A stretch of DNA of 63,010 nt, counting the filler, from Thraustochytrium aureum (Eukaryota): the NCBI GenBank assembly GCA_012862495.1. It is 3 parts of 3 records of this genome, joined end to end, with 100 filler letters (N's around TTAATTAATTAA, not from the genome) between each part and the next. Parts side by side here need not be neighbours in the genome. Positions count along the whole stretch, not along the records: positions 1 to 24,473 come from BLSG01000017.1; positions 24,574 to 50,684 come from BLSG01000018.1; 1 more part is not named here. One strand, given 5' to 3'. The notes beneath the pieces are model-generated. The model saw only the letters and a program-made list of their open reading frames with translations. It had not been told where the DNA came from and made no database searches. Of the stretch, positions 20,585 to 33,139 are shown piece after piece. Made by a program: the position numbers and the translations under genes. Numbering within the stretch: position 1 is the stretch's first letter; every line of letters begins with the position of its first letter.

Positions 20585-21259
20585 GGATCAGACCGCACCG
20601 CCGATCCCCCCTGCCAGCCCGCTCTACCTATCGAAGGGCGCCTTGACAGCCGGCCTCGCTCGCGTCTGTCTGCACGGCTGCTTGCCTCTTGCTTGCTGAT
20701 TCAGGACTGCACCCAGCTGCACCGTATTTATTAAAAGCGGGTTACAGAGGGTCAACACGCACATTCGGCAGTCGATGAGGTGGCGGCGAGAATTTTGGCA
20801 CAAAGGTTGACAAAGGCGATTGCTTTGTACAACGTTGGGCAGCGTTCCTTCTTTCACCTTTCCTTTCTCTATCAAAATCATGTTTACTCCATTTGACTGC
20901 TAGAGGCTGGTGGGTGTGGCAGCGGTGGACCCTAAAGAACCCCCACGATCCCAGTGGACCCAGGCCTCTGCAAACCAGAATTCCCATCCCGTCTGGCAGG
21001 GCAGGGCGGCGAACAGTGCGGAGACAAGAAAAATACGACTTGACATATCGCACAGGAGAGGGAGCGCGCGCGTGCGTTTGCCATTGATGGGCAGAGCGAC
21101 AACATCAACACACCACACACTCTCACATCAGACAAGCCCTTCACAGAGCAACAGCGGACGGTGGTAGCTGGAGGCGGTGGTTGAGCCGTTGAAGTACAGA
21201 CTCTCGGTGAAGGTCGCAGAAGCCAGGGTGCTGGGGTGAGGTGGGATGGAGCAACCCAA

Positions 21260-22021
21260 GTCGTGGCCGTAGACCTGCATCGCGCGGCTGGCAGCCGCCT
21301 GACGACGAGAAAAAAGCTAACCAAAGACTTGGTTTTCTCAAAGCGACCTGCGACATGCTGTTCGCCGAGGAATTGAGCAAGAAGCGTGCGGGCAGCGGGG
21401 GGGGGGGCAGGAAGCGTAGGAAGCGTGTCGTTGTCGACGTGGTTTGCGCCAGAGTGCGGAATGAACGAGGCATTCGACGCCAGATTCGGCCTGTTGAGAG
21501 TCAAGCTCGAGGCGCTCGACTCGTCGTCACTGCTGCAGACCGCGCAGAGCCTCCCTGCAGAGAGCAACAACTTGAGCCACGTTTTTGCGTTCATCTAGGC
21601 GCGTGTGGGGGACTTGTACGTGGACGTTGCCTCTAGTAGAATCCTTGTCGAGGTACATGGACAGCAGCGGCGACATCGCAAAGCCGGTGTCCCCCATCTA
21701 CCGTTTTGCGGCATTGAAGAACCCGAATGCAAACTTGCTCTGGCAGCGCTTTTGCACGGCAGCGGTGCAGTCTGCGTGTGCGGGCCAGCAGCAAACATAG
21801 ACGTATGCGGGCCCCATCGAGTTCATCGAGCGCGGCTTGTGCTGCCTCCTGAAGCTCGATACAGCGCAAATGCGCGGCCGGGATGATAAGCCCTTGTGTG
21901 CGGTCGTCAAGTTCAAGGAGCCGCTCGTCGTTGAGGCCGTGCTTGGTTTGTCCCGAGTTCGCGCGCTGGACGCGTTTGTAAGCGAGAGAACGGCTCTGTC
22001 GTTCGTTCGCGTTGTTCAGCC
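21260..22021 (+). pseudogene. Possible decayed gene fragment, weakly reminiscent of Crinkler/RHS-associated NTPase regions
   Basis: Protein-like stretches interrupted by TAG stops (21596, 21798) and frame changes; ...EFIERGLC...KFKEPLVVEAV recalls the 'LVExG...EPLV' pattern of such proteins. Weak, from recall. Confidence 0.25.
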
Positions 22022-22585
22022 NNNNNNNNNNNNNNNNNNNNNNNNNNNNNNNNNNNNNNNNNNNNNNNNNNNNNNNNNNNNNNNNNNNNNNNNNNNNNNN
22101 NNNNNNNNNNNNNNNNNNNNNNNNNNNNNNNNNNNNNNNNNNNNNNNNNNNNNNNNNNNNNNNNNNNNNNNNNNNNNNNNNNNNNNNNNNNNNNNNNNNN
22201 NNNNNNNNNNNNNNNNNNNNNNTGGATCAGCGAAGGCAAAAACCGAAGCGAGGCGATGCGCGGTGTGGCTGGAGTGCAACCGCGACAAAGCCCAAAGAGC
22301 GGTGCGGCGGGCACTAGCGGGCGCCTTGACAAGCGAGTGGGCAGCAGCACAGCGAGGGCGAGTTTGCGCAGGGTGGCAGGCGACGGGGACTCGCGCCCGG
22401 CGGAGGCCGAGCAGCGTTTAAAAAAAATCCGAAGCAGACGAGCGGAGAGCCGCCGGAAAGCGTGGAGCGACTCAGTTCGGCGTTAGGGCCTGCGTTCAAG
22501 TTGGCCACGCAAGATGGCAAGCGCGGGCTTGACAATAAACGCGGTGTTTTTGCGGACAGACCCCACGGGCAGTGCTGAGCTGGCA

Positions 22586-24473
22586 ATGTGCAAAAGCGTT
22601 CCAATGTTTGCTCGAAGCAAGCGCCTCGGAAGGGCAGTCTGCCTTGAATGTGGATCGAGTTTGGCTTAGGTGCAGGGGGCATGCACAGACACATTCAAAC
22701 CTACCACCCGAGCAAGAGAGCCGAAGGGCTCGTTCCCAAATGGTCGAGGGAGATGGGGCAAGTGCTCAAAGCCACGAAAACGAAGAATGTACGATTGCCA
22801 AAAGAGCGACAGAATGCACGAGGCATTCGAAGGTCTTCGCGTGATTGAAGGATTCCCATGCTTCAAGAAAAAGTGCTTCTTTGTTGCGCAGTCGCTCGAG
22901 AAATCTCAAGCGCACTTCAGGCGCAAGCACGGGCGGGGATGGGGTCGCCTGCGAGCCCGTCTCAGCCCAGCGCGTCGACCTGCAAATGTCGCTCTTTCAA
23001 GTCTGCGAGCGAAAAGGTGATGACTTGTGGAAGAACGCCGAGGCCGAGGATTCCGACTCGGGCGTTGAGTTTCACTTGGTCGGGCTCGGGCTCGCAGATG
23101 GCGAAGAGAACGAGGTCATGACTGAGGACAACCGCCAGATGCAGAGCTGGCAGGTCGCATTGGGGATTGGTCAAGTAGAGATTTTGCGCGGCCCAAAGGG
23201 CGTTGTGCGGCACCTTGGCGGCGAGCTAGCTTCGAGCGCGAAAGACGCGCTGATGCTAGCCTCGGTGCGCTGGATGCTCCAAACGAGCAGAGCCTCCAGC
23301 GTGCTGCCATTCTCCGTACTGCGCGCGGTTTTGGAGCCAAGTACGCTCCTCCAGAACACGGAGAGCCAGCAGGGGACGCCGGGCGGGCGCATCAAGTCGT
23401 TCGTCCCTCTTCGGCATAACCGCTCGTTCGAACAGTACACTGCGGTCATCGTTGAGGTCCTGTTCGTTTTGCTTCAGCTTCCATCCAACGTGATTTGCAA
23501 GAACGAGGCCGGTCTCAGGGTCAAAGCCGCAGTTGAGCGGCTTCGCTTTGCGTTGGGCTTGCTCAGCGTCGCCGCACCCGTTGCGTTTGGCGGAATGACC
23601 AAGGATGATGTCAAGAGAGCGCACAGCAAGTATCGGGAGATCGAGGAGAGCTTTAGTGCAGGACTGGATGACGATGACGATGATGCAAAGGAGGAGATTG
23701 GAACACAAGGCGACGTTGACGTTTTCGGAGACATGAAGGACGACCAGCTCGAAGGGCCGGAAGGCAACGACAACGACGACGACGAGGAGGAGGAGGAGGA
23801 GGACTTTGTTGACGACGACGGCGACGACGAACTTGGCCTCGACGAGCGGCTTGAGCCGCGCGGGTCAAAGAGATACGCGAAATGGGGAGTTCGGTTCCAT
23901 ACGGAAAGCGCTCGGCAAAATCCGCCCCTTGGAAAACTTTCGGAGAAGCAGAGCGTGGTTGTAGAAGCCATTTACGATGTAATGGTGAGTCTGGTCGAGC
24001 ACGGCGACAGCATGCTCGCGAGCAGAGACGATATGCTGTTCACGAACGTGCTCTTGTGCCTGGTCGTCGACAAGAAGAGTGGTCTGTGGCGCACTGGTCT
24101 CGCTGTGGGCAAGATCCTCGCAGCCCTTGTCTATGCTCTCCGGCTAGCCGTATGTGGCCAGCTCGCCCGGCACAGGCTTTTAGCGGGAGCCGCAGACTTG
24201 GTGGGAGTCGTCAAAGCGCACATTAGCTACTTGCGGACCGACCCGACCGCCGACGGCGAGCTTTCCGCGTTCGCGCAGCTCGTCTCGCTCAAGCGGCAAA
24301 TCCGAGGCCGGCTTGAGCGACGCATGCCTCAGGTTGTGCAAGACGGCGACTTGCTGCAGGTAGAGGGCCAGCGGATCTCAAGGCAAGAGTTCGGCAACGA
24401 CCTGTCTTAGGTGAGTTTTGGTTACCATCCGGCGTAAAACGTGTACTCGAGCACAAGGGCAGGAGGCCCTACG
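22586..24473 (+). mobile_element. DUF3505 (OrsD)-like zinc-finger ORF resembling the N-terminal half of telomere-linked RecQ helicase (TLH)-like elements; frameshifted and cut by a contig join
   Basis: Across frames: AVCLECG...MHRHIQTYH; FEGLRVIEGFPCFKKKCFFVAQSLEKSQAHFRRKHG; EPVSAQR...LFQV; then in ORF 22845..24410 SFEQYTAVIVEVLFVLL, KILAALVYALRL, SAFAQLVSLK, LQVEGQRIS. Confidence 0.55.
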
Positions 24474-24517
24474 NNNNNNNNNNNNNNNNNNNNNNNNNNN
24501 NNNNNNNNNNNNNNNNN

Positions 24518-24529
24518 TTAATTAATTAA
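24518..24529. other. Artificial assembly linker (stops in all six frames) inside an N-gap
   Basis: TTAATTAATTAA flanked symmetrically by N-runs; identical to 50729-50740. Confidence 0.95.
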
Positions 24530-24694
24530 NNNNNNNNNNNNNNNNNNNNNNNNNNNNNNNNNNNNNNNNNNNNGAGAAAGTTGAGGAGTTGCTTGACCAA
24601 GAGCGGAAACGGACGAGATCAGTTGTCGAGCAAGTTGGTACTCGAGTAGTTGCATGCAATGCCTATCTTGAAATCTTACTTTCATCAAGTGCGC

Positions 24695-24808
24695 CACCAC
24701 CCTGCCATTCGCGAATCTCGTAGAGCATGCATCACCACCCTGCCATGCGCGAATCTCGTAGAGCATGCATCACCACCCTGCCCTTCGCCAATCTCGTAGA
24801 GCATGCAT
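24695..24808 (+). repeat. 38-bp tandem repeat, 3 copies
   Basis: caccaccctgccattcgcgaatctcgtagagcatgcat x3 with 1-2 substitutions per copy. Confidence 0.92.
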
Positions 24809-25103
24809 GTGTTGGAGGTTTTCCACAATAAACCGCATGGAAACTGACTGACGCGCAGCAGCGACGCCGCCAGACCTTGCGCTGCCGTGGTGGCAAGCAC
24901 GACCGACCCAGAGCCGTACACTGTCAAAGATGCGCCAGGGCCTTCCTTACACTGTCGGTCGATCTCGGCCTCGGCTGGGTTCCTACCTACGACGCGCCGC
25001 TAAGGCGCCACAAGCTTGTGAAACCCATCAAGTTTTGGGTACCGGTTCGGAGCCGATTCTTGAGCCGTGTGGATGCACGCGACTGGACGAGGAGGGAGCT
25101 TTT

Positions 25104-26815
25104 TTAAGAAGTCCCGGAAGGCCCGACGAGATATGCTTCAGCCGAATTTACGGCGTCCTGCAGCCACTCCATCTTGTAGAAATCTGCTGCGTTGGCAAAG
25201 CCGCGGAGCCGGTGGCGCTGCTCCACCACGCTGCAGATCAGCGACCACTGGCCACTACATGCGCATGAGTCGGCGAGGAGCGTCGCGCGAATCTGACCGC
25301 ACTTGCTGCACTGCATGTCTTGCAGCTGGAAGGCAGTCGTCAGCTTGTTGACACGGTCGACAAGCAAGCTCTGAATGTACGCCATATTGTACGGCTGCCC
25401 GCAACTCGGGTCGGCACATCGCCAACGCGCGGAGGGGTCTTCCATGAGGCGCATGTCACGGCAGAGGTCCAAGTCGGTACAATAATTGCAAACCGGGCAG
25501 ATCAAGTCCCGCATCACAAGACTCAGGCTCGGGTTCACAAAAACAGCCTCTGGCGCAAACTCTCGAACGCCAATCAGTCGCAAAAGGAGCCGCCGCAGAA
25601 CCGTAACCTCGTGGTGCGACTCCTTGTCGAGCTGCAGAACTGCGCACGTCGTCTTGATAAACTCGAGGGCAGGGTTGCGCGGTTGCAGGTGGGACCCAGC
25701 CAAAACCGGGAACGACTCGGGCCCGCCCTGTGCAGCTGCTATCTTTGGCACCAAGCGAAGGAGCTTCTGCGTGAGGTCGTGGCTCACGAGCTGCTTCACG
25801 AAGCGGGCCTCGTCCTCCTCCAGGGCCTTTTCCTGCACGCGAATGGACCCCACCACCTGGCCCACCGCTGCCAGCTGGGCCTCCTGACGCTCGCTCTCGC
25901 CGCCGCTGGTTGCGAGCTCGTCAGCGGCTGCGGCTTGGCGGCGCTCAAACCACTCGTCTCGAAACTTGATGGGTTCGAGGATAAACTCTCCAACAACCCA
26001 CAAAAAGTAGTCATGCAGCTCGAGTGGGAGGTAGTGCGCAATGTTCCANNNNNNNNNNNNNNNNNNNNNNNNNNNNNNNNNNNNNNNNNNNNNNNNNNNN
26101 NNNNNNNNNNNNNNNNNNNNNNNNNNNNNNNNNNNNNNNNNNNNNNNNNNNNNNNNNNNNNNNNNNNNNNNNNNNNNNNNNNNNNNNNNNNNNNNNNNNN
26201 NNNNNNNNNNNNNNNNNNNNNNNNNNNNNNNNNNNNNNNNNNNNNNNNNNNNNNNNNNNNNNNNNNNNNNNNNNNNNNNNNNNNNNNNNNNNNNNNNNNN
26301 NNNNNNNNNNNNNNNNNNNNNNNNNNNNNNNNNNNNNNNNNNNNNNNNNNNNNNNNNNNNNNNNNNNNNNNNNNNNNNNNNNNNNNNNNNNNNNNNNNNN
26401 NNNNNNNNNNNNNNNNNNNNNNNNNNNNNNNNNNNNNNNNNNNNNNNNNNNNNNNNNNNNNNNNNNNNNNNNNNNNNNNNNNNNNNNNNNNNNNNNNNNN
26501 NNNNNNNNNNNNNNNNNNNNNNNNNNNNNNNNNNNNNNNNNNNNNNNNNNNNNNNNNNNNNNNNNNNNNNNNNNNNNNNNNNNNNNNNNNNNNNNNNNNN
26601 NNNNNNNNNNNNNNNNNNNNNNNNNNNNNNNNNNNNNNNNNNNNNNNNNNNNNNNNNNNNNNNNNNNNNNNNNNNNNNNNNNNNNNNNNNNNNNNNNNNN
26701 NNNNNNNNNNNNNNNNNNNNNNNNNNNNNNNNNNNNNNTCCGTCTCCCTCCTCCTGGTCAGCTTCCCGGTAGTAGGCGTCAGCGCCGTCGTCGACTATAA
26801 AGTCGTCCATCCTGT

Positions 26816-26849
<34 letters not shown>

Positions 26850-29800
26850 CTTTTGTGGCCGCGCCCTCCCACGCACACGCGCACCGCCAGCATCACTGCC
26901 GGCCTCGCTCTCCGAGTCCTCGTCCGAGTCCTCTTCAAGCCGGCGCTGCTTCTTGGCGGCAAGGGGCAGCCCCGCCGGCTCATGGACGGCGTGACCGCTG
27001 GGCCGCCCTCCTCGCGCCGCCGCAGCTTTGAACTCCGCTCGTCCTCGCTAACATCTTCATCGGCGTCACTTGCGGCATTCTCGGCTTGGGTCGGGGTCGG
27101 GTTTTGAGGCTCCAGCTTGCGCTTCCACGTCTCGCGTGACGCGGCAACTGGGCCTCCTTCTACGTCGCCATCTACTTCGTCAACGACTTCGCTGATTCCG
27201 CGACCGTCACCGCCGCGTTGGCCCCACCCAAGCCCCCCTTCTGCTTCCCCCGTTTCTTGGGCTGGCACCTCAAGGTCTACCAAGTAGTTTTCTGCGGCCA
27301 AGACGCCCCCATAGTTTTCTTCGTCCATGAACACCAGGCCCTGCCACACTTTGCGCGGCTCGAGGACAAGGTGCCGAAACAAGTCGTCGCTCTTGAGCGT
27401 CCGGACGAGGTGGTCTGTGAACGCGCGCGCGGACACCATGTCGTTACGGTCCGTGCAGATCACGATGCGCTGAAAGTTGGCAGACACGACTTTGGCACCC
27501 AGTCGACGCACCTGCGCGAGCAGCTGGAGGAAAAGCTTGACCATGAGCTGATGGACAAACTTGTGAAGCGCGGGGTCGTAGAGCAGCGACTTTGGGGAAC
27601 AGAGCCACCGGTAGAGGTGAACGAGGACCTGGTCGGCAAAGTCGCCGTCCACTGACGACACGTCGTCGTACCAGAGCTTGACCAAGTGCCGCAGGTTGCG
27701 GAACGCCTGCAGGCACTCTGCCGCCGTTCCAAGGAGCGAAGTCTGATCGTGAACGCGTTGCTTCACCAAAGCACCGTCGGCGCCGATTCGCTGCATGTCG
27801 TCTGATCCGTCCGCGCCGACGACCTGGTCTTGCAAGAGCGCCGAGCCGCCGCCGGACTCGATGTCCAGAACCTTGTTCGCAGCCAGGATTGAGTTGACAG
27901 CGAGGTGCAGCACATCGATCTCCACGCAAAACGTTCGATACGTACCTGGCGATGTTACCACAACGGCGGCCTCGTCCTTCCAGCAAAGCATCCATGTGAA
28001 GCACATCTGCCTCCGCCCCCCGAGGTCGGGCCTGCCCGACACCGACGCCCAGCTTACGTGCTGGTTGTGCCGGAGCCACCGCAGGAAAAAGGTGTCGGCC
28101 ATCGTTGTGGCCATGTCCTCGCCGACGTGCGCGACTGGAACGTGGACGTACCGTGCGCAGCGAATTCGCCCGTAGAGCCAAAGCGAGTGAGCGAGAAATC
28201 GGCTCACCGCGCGCCGGGCGAGCACGAGCTGCCACTGCAACCCAGGCAGCGCACTGTCCTCTTCGCCCGGAGGGATCCACACACATGGGAGCTCGCTGAG
28301 GGCTGGCACGCGACCCAGCACGTCCTCTTTCGAGTCACTGCACTGAAGCACGGCCATCGTGGCCCCGCGGCGAGCGGCGGTGCGCGCTTGCAAAAACCTG
28401 TCCAGCGAGGTCCAGCAGTCGCGCACGCTCGACTCGTAGTTGACCGAGTTGCCGAGCAACCGCGTCGGCTGCACGGCGGGGTGCTCGGTCCCGCCCAGAG
28501 CCGCGGAAACAGCGTCTCGGAGTAGCGCGCTGAACTTGGGCCGTTCGCGCGCACCGCCGTTCTCGAGCGAGATCCACGCGTGAAAGTTGGCGACCCCTGG
28601 CGAAGAGCGCAGTTCAGCCAGAGTCTCGGGGTTCAGGCCGCCGAGCCCTTCCGGGAGCTCCTCCTCGGCGAGCAGCTTCTCACACAACAGCTCCAGCTTG
28701 CTGGAGAGCTCGTCCACCTCGAACGCGCACACGAGCTGCCGCCCCTGGTGGCCTGCCTGAAAGCANNNNNNNNNNNNNNNNNNNNNNNNNNNNNNNNNNN
28801 NNNNNNNNNNNNNNNNNNNNNNNNNNNNNNNNNNNNNNNNNNNNNNNNNNNNNNNNNNNNNNNNNNNNNNNNNNNNNNNNNNNNNNNNNNNNNNNNNNNN
28901 NNNNNNNNNNNNNNNNNNNNNNNNNNNNNNNNNNNNNNNNNNNNNNNNNNNNNNNNNNNNNNNNNNNNNNNNNNNNNNNNNNNNNNNNNNNNNNNNNNNN
29001 NNNNNNNNNNNNNNNNNNNNNNNNNNNNNNNNNNNNNNNNNNNNNNNNNNNNNNNNNNNNNNNNNNNNNNNNNNNNNNNNNNNNNNNNNNNNNNNNNNNN
29101 NNNNNNNNNNNNNNNNNNNNNNNNNNNNNNNNNNNNNNNNNNNNNNNNNNNNNNNNNNNNNNNNNNNNNNNNNNNNNNNNNNNNNNNNNNNNNNNNNNNN
29201 NNNNNNNNNNNNNNNNNNNNNNNNNNNNNNNNNNNNNCAGCGCTCGGAACTAGGCCGCCACGCGCGCCGCTGAAGAGGTCCGTAAGCGTGCGCTGCTTGA
29301 ATGGGTCGTGGCGAGCGCGCACCATGCGCTCGAGCCAAACAGGATGCGGGATGCGCGGGACCGGGTTGGCCACCTCCTGGAGCGCGGCGGGGATGGAGAT
29401 GATCTTTTGAACCGTCTTGCCGAGGCGGTCGATGTAATAGTCCCAGTCAATAATGCTGCGGACGTCAAAGTCGTTGAGCGAGCGGTCCTGCAGCCAGAGC
29501 CGGAGGTACTTGGCCTTGACGTCGTCGGGAAAGGACCAGATCGCTGTCGGTATTGCGCGTTCGGTGGTGGGTGCCCCAACTGGCTTGCGCGCGATCAGCA
29601 GGCTGCAGTTGAGGCCCTTGTTCTTGAGCACCTCCGGGTCCGAGGAGCTCGCCGAGGCGCTTGGCCGTCGATATCGAGACCGACTTTTGCTCACCGTACT
29701 CGGCGAGGCTCTTGCTCATCGAGCGGTCCTCACTAATGAGCTCGATGAGCTGCTCGTCCTTGAGATTGCGCCCGTGTGAGAAGAGGACGTCGAGCCAGTG

Positions 29801-32800
29801 GTTAGCGACGTCGGCCACCGCTGCGTAGCACTCTTCGCGGGTGGAGCCCTGCAGGAACTTTTCGAAGACCTTGCTCTGGAAGATCTTGACAATCTTTAGC
29901 TCGCCGCGTCGCTTGAGCTCGAATCCCTTGAGCTCGGCGAGCGTGCCGTCGTCGTTGAAGACGGCATAGCGCTTTTTGAGCAACTTGCCCTCCTCTTGCG
30001 AGGCGGGCAACACCATACAACGATACGGGCCGTCCACCTCAAAGTAGATCGAGCACTCGCTTCGCGTCTCGTACCTGTTGGGTCCAACTCTGTCCTGGTA
30101 CTGGTGGTTCGTGAAGTGGGCATGCACGTCCGCGTTGAGCATCACGCACGGGTACGAAATCGGGATCTTCCCCCCCTTTGCTGTGGTGAAGCAGTAGTTT
30201 TCGGGGAACGAGCCAGGCAGGATGCACCAGATCCCGTCCGTGTCGAGCTCGAGCGGGCGCCCGATGCGCTCTACGAGCTTGGAGGCCTGGTCGATGATGC
30301 GCGCTCCCGTGTAGGTGACAACGCCAGCCATCTCCATCGACATCCAGCGCGCTCCTCGGCGCATGACGTACCCATAAAAGCTGTTGAGGATGCATTTGTG
30401 CGCGAGCTGCAGTGAGTCAAACAAAAGAACTTTGTTGCGCACCTCCTCCAGCTCGATTGGGCTCGCGTCGGGGTCGGCCTCGAGCGCGGCTCGCTGCTTG
30501 GCCCACTTTTTTGTGAAACCCTTGTACTCGTAGCGACGGTCGCGGAATGCGCGGACAGTGTTGACGTAGAACGGGTTCTCGCGCTGGCAGACTGTGGCGT
30601 CCTTGACCATTTCCTCGGACGCCTTGACGCGCTTGTAGGTGCGCTGCGCGTAGTCCTTGAGCCGCTTGAGCAGGACCGCTTGTCGCCGACTGCGCGGCAG
30701 CTCGCGAAACGGCACGCCGTCCACGAACTCGCTACTGACCTGGGCCTTGATGGTGTTGTACTCGCCGCGCGTCGGCGTGTAGTAGTCCCCGCGCCACTTC
30801 CACTGCATGTGCCGCTTGCAGTCCGCGTCGGGCCCCGTGTTGTACGAGCAGGCCGCGCAAGTGGCCTCGTCCACCATTGCGCTGGGCTGCAGCCGGTTGC
30901 TGAGGATGATGTTGGGGTACATGGCTGCCACGTCAAGGTGGTAAATCGTGGGCGTTTCGACGCGGACTGGCGTATCGCGGAGCTGCTCGAGCGTCTCAAT
31001 GATGCTATCTCGCACTTCGCCGTAGTTTGAGACCTCGCGCCGGGGCACGCCGGCCTCGACCTCCACAGCAAAGGTCAGGTCTCGGTCCACATTGGCGATG
31101 AGCTCGTCGAACGCGCCCGCGTCGAGTCGAAACTTCTCGGGCAGGTCGCTGCGAAACACGCCCGACTCGAGGCACTTGACCAAGCCGCCGACGTACGTGT
31201 CCTGGTCGAGCAAGTGCCCGCTCTTTGTGAACTTTTCCTCCGGGTCGACCACCTTGTTCGGGCAGAGGATGTTGCAGCGTCGCGCCTCGACCATGAGAAG
31301 CATCTCGCACAGCGTGCCTGAGCCCTTGCGCAGCACGTCGTCGGGGCCCATGGGAATGATTGTGCACAGCGAGAACACGAAAAGGTTGATGTACTTGTCG
31401 TAGAGGTAGTAGGTCGCCACTGCGTCGGAGACAGAGTAGGCCGCCATGACCTGCGGGGCCTCTTGGGCACGCTGAACCATCTCCTCCGGGTCCTCTTCGA
31501 CGGGGTCGTAGCCGAGCTTGGCCTTCGCCACGGCTTTGAGCCCGCGCGAGCCGGCAGGCAAGTAAGAGTCGCGCATCACCCAGTACAGGCAGTCCATGTG
31601 AACTGAACAGCGACCGCGGTACTCGCCCTCCTTCGTGGCGTAGACCCCAATCTCGCTCCGCATCGACATGTCAAACTTGCTGGCGCGCGTTTCGATGAAC
31701 GGAAAGTCGAAATTATCCCCGTTGTACGTGACCCAGATGTTGGGTCGTAGCTCTCGGCAGTGGTCGAAGAATCGTCGAAGAAGCGACCGCTCGTCCGGTT
31801 CGTTGAAGACCCTGAACGGCCCTGGAAACTCGGGTCTTGGCGTGTACTCAAAGTCGTGGATGTCAGCGGAGACCACCTCGCGGTTGATGATGAGGTAGCC
31901 TTGGCCATCAAACATGTACGAGATCATGAAGACCTGGTCAAACTCGGCGTCCGGGAACTTTTGCGGCAGCTTGGTGCACTCGATGTCGAACGCCAGCACG
32001 CGCGGCTCGGCCTTCTCCAGGATGGGCTGCTTTTCCACGCCAACGCCAAACCCTTGCGGACCCGACCCGCCCATGGATTTGGGGGTAACAACATAATAGG
32101 AGCCGACGTTGATGTCCAGGTCGATCGAAACGCGTGTCGAGTAGGGCACGTCGTACTCGCGCAGCTCTTCGCAGCACTCAAACAAGTCCTGGGGGACCTC
32201 GTCGTCCTCGTGCTGCTCGTAAGCGGCGACGGCCATGGCTCGCTCTTGATTTTTCTGGATTGCAGGCATCACTTCGTGTCGCAGGGTCATGAGGTCATTC
32301 ACGTTGCGGAACGAGAGTTTGAGGCACAGCCGCTTGAGCCCTGCGAGGTGATTCTCCAGGTCGAGGTCCTCGCGCTCCACTATCTCCACTGTGTCTACGA
32401 CAGACTGGAACCGCCGCTCCATGAACGCTTTCACCTCTTTGATGTGCTTTTCCCGCACGATCATGTATATGTACGGCTTGTATACAACGTGCGCTTTGAA
32501 CGCGCTCCCGTCCTGCTCCAGAAAGTACAGCTCTACTGCTGCAAGCTCTGCGCCGCTGCCGCTGCCCTTGCCACCGCCACTATCGCCCTGCTGCGTCGGG
32601 TCCACTCCGCCGGTTGCTGAAATGGTCGTCGACATCATGTTCAGCAGCCACCCGAGCCGCGGTTCTCCGCTCGAGAAGGTCTCAAACCCAAAGTCGGCGT
32701 CGGTGCGCTCATCCGCCTCGCGCTTGGCCTCCAAAAATTCCCGGCTAGCTTGCGGCTTCCACTCGCCGCGGCCCCCTCGTCCAGTTTGCCCGCCTCTGGC

Positions 32801-32897
32801 CCGCCGTCCCTGGCCCGGCTGTCTCCTTCCAACCCATCCAGGTCTATTCCCGCCGCGTCCGGGACCAGCGCTTTTGCCGCGCCCGCGCCCCGAACAT
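25104..32897 (-). CDS. POLE: DNA polymerase epsilon catalytic subunit; interrupted by two gaps and several 1-nt frameshifts
   Basis: RLGWLLNM, EYDVPY, VLAFDIECTKLPQKFPDA (ExoI), TYNGDNFDFPF, YHLDVAAMYPNII, QLAHKCILNSFYGY, PLELDTDG, LKGFELKRRGEL, DWDYYIDRLG, DUF1744-like region, C-terminal CPVC...C and CSKC...CAC zinc motifs. Start uncertain: ATG at 32897 is one base out of frame with SGRGRGK. Confidence 0.96.
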
Positions 32898-33131
32898 TTG
32901 CTTGGCGCGACGCCCCCGACACGGGCAGAAGCCTCGGACAACGCAGCGGCCCAGCAGCTAGCTGGAGTATCGGTTGCTCTCGAGCGTGTGCGGCTCCTAA
33001 CGCGTCCCTTCGTCACCACCGCAACGCCGTGAGCCGATTCGAGGTTGGGATGCGCCGACGTGAGGTCAGCCGTTCAAAACGCAAGCGCGGCTTCCGCGGC
33101 TACGACTGGCGCTCCCCGTTCGTCTGACGCC

Positions 33132-33139
33132 GCGCCAAA
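33132..33139 (-). promoter_or_regulatory. Candidate E2F site (TTTGGCGC) upstream of POLE
   Basis: Exact match to TTTSSCGC about 240 bp upstream of a replication gene; an 8-mer can occur by chance. Confidence 0.3.
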
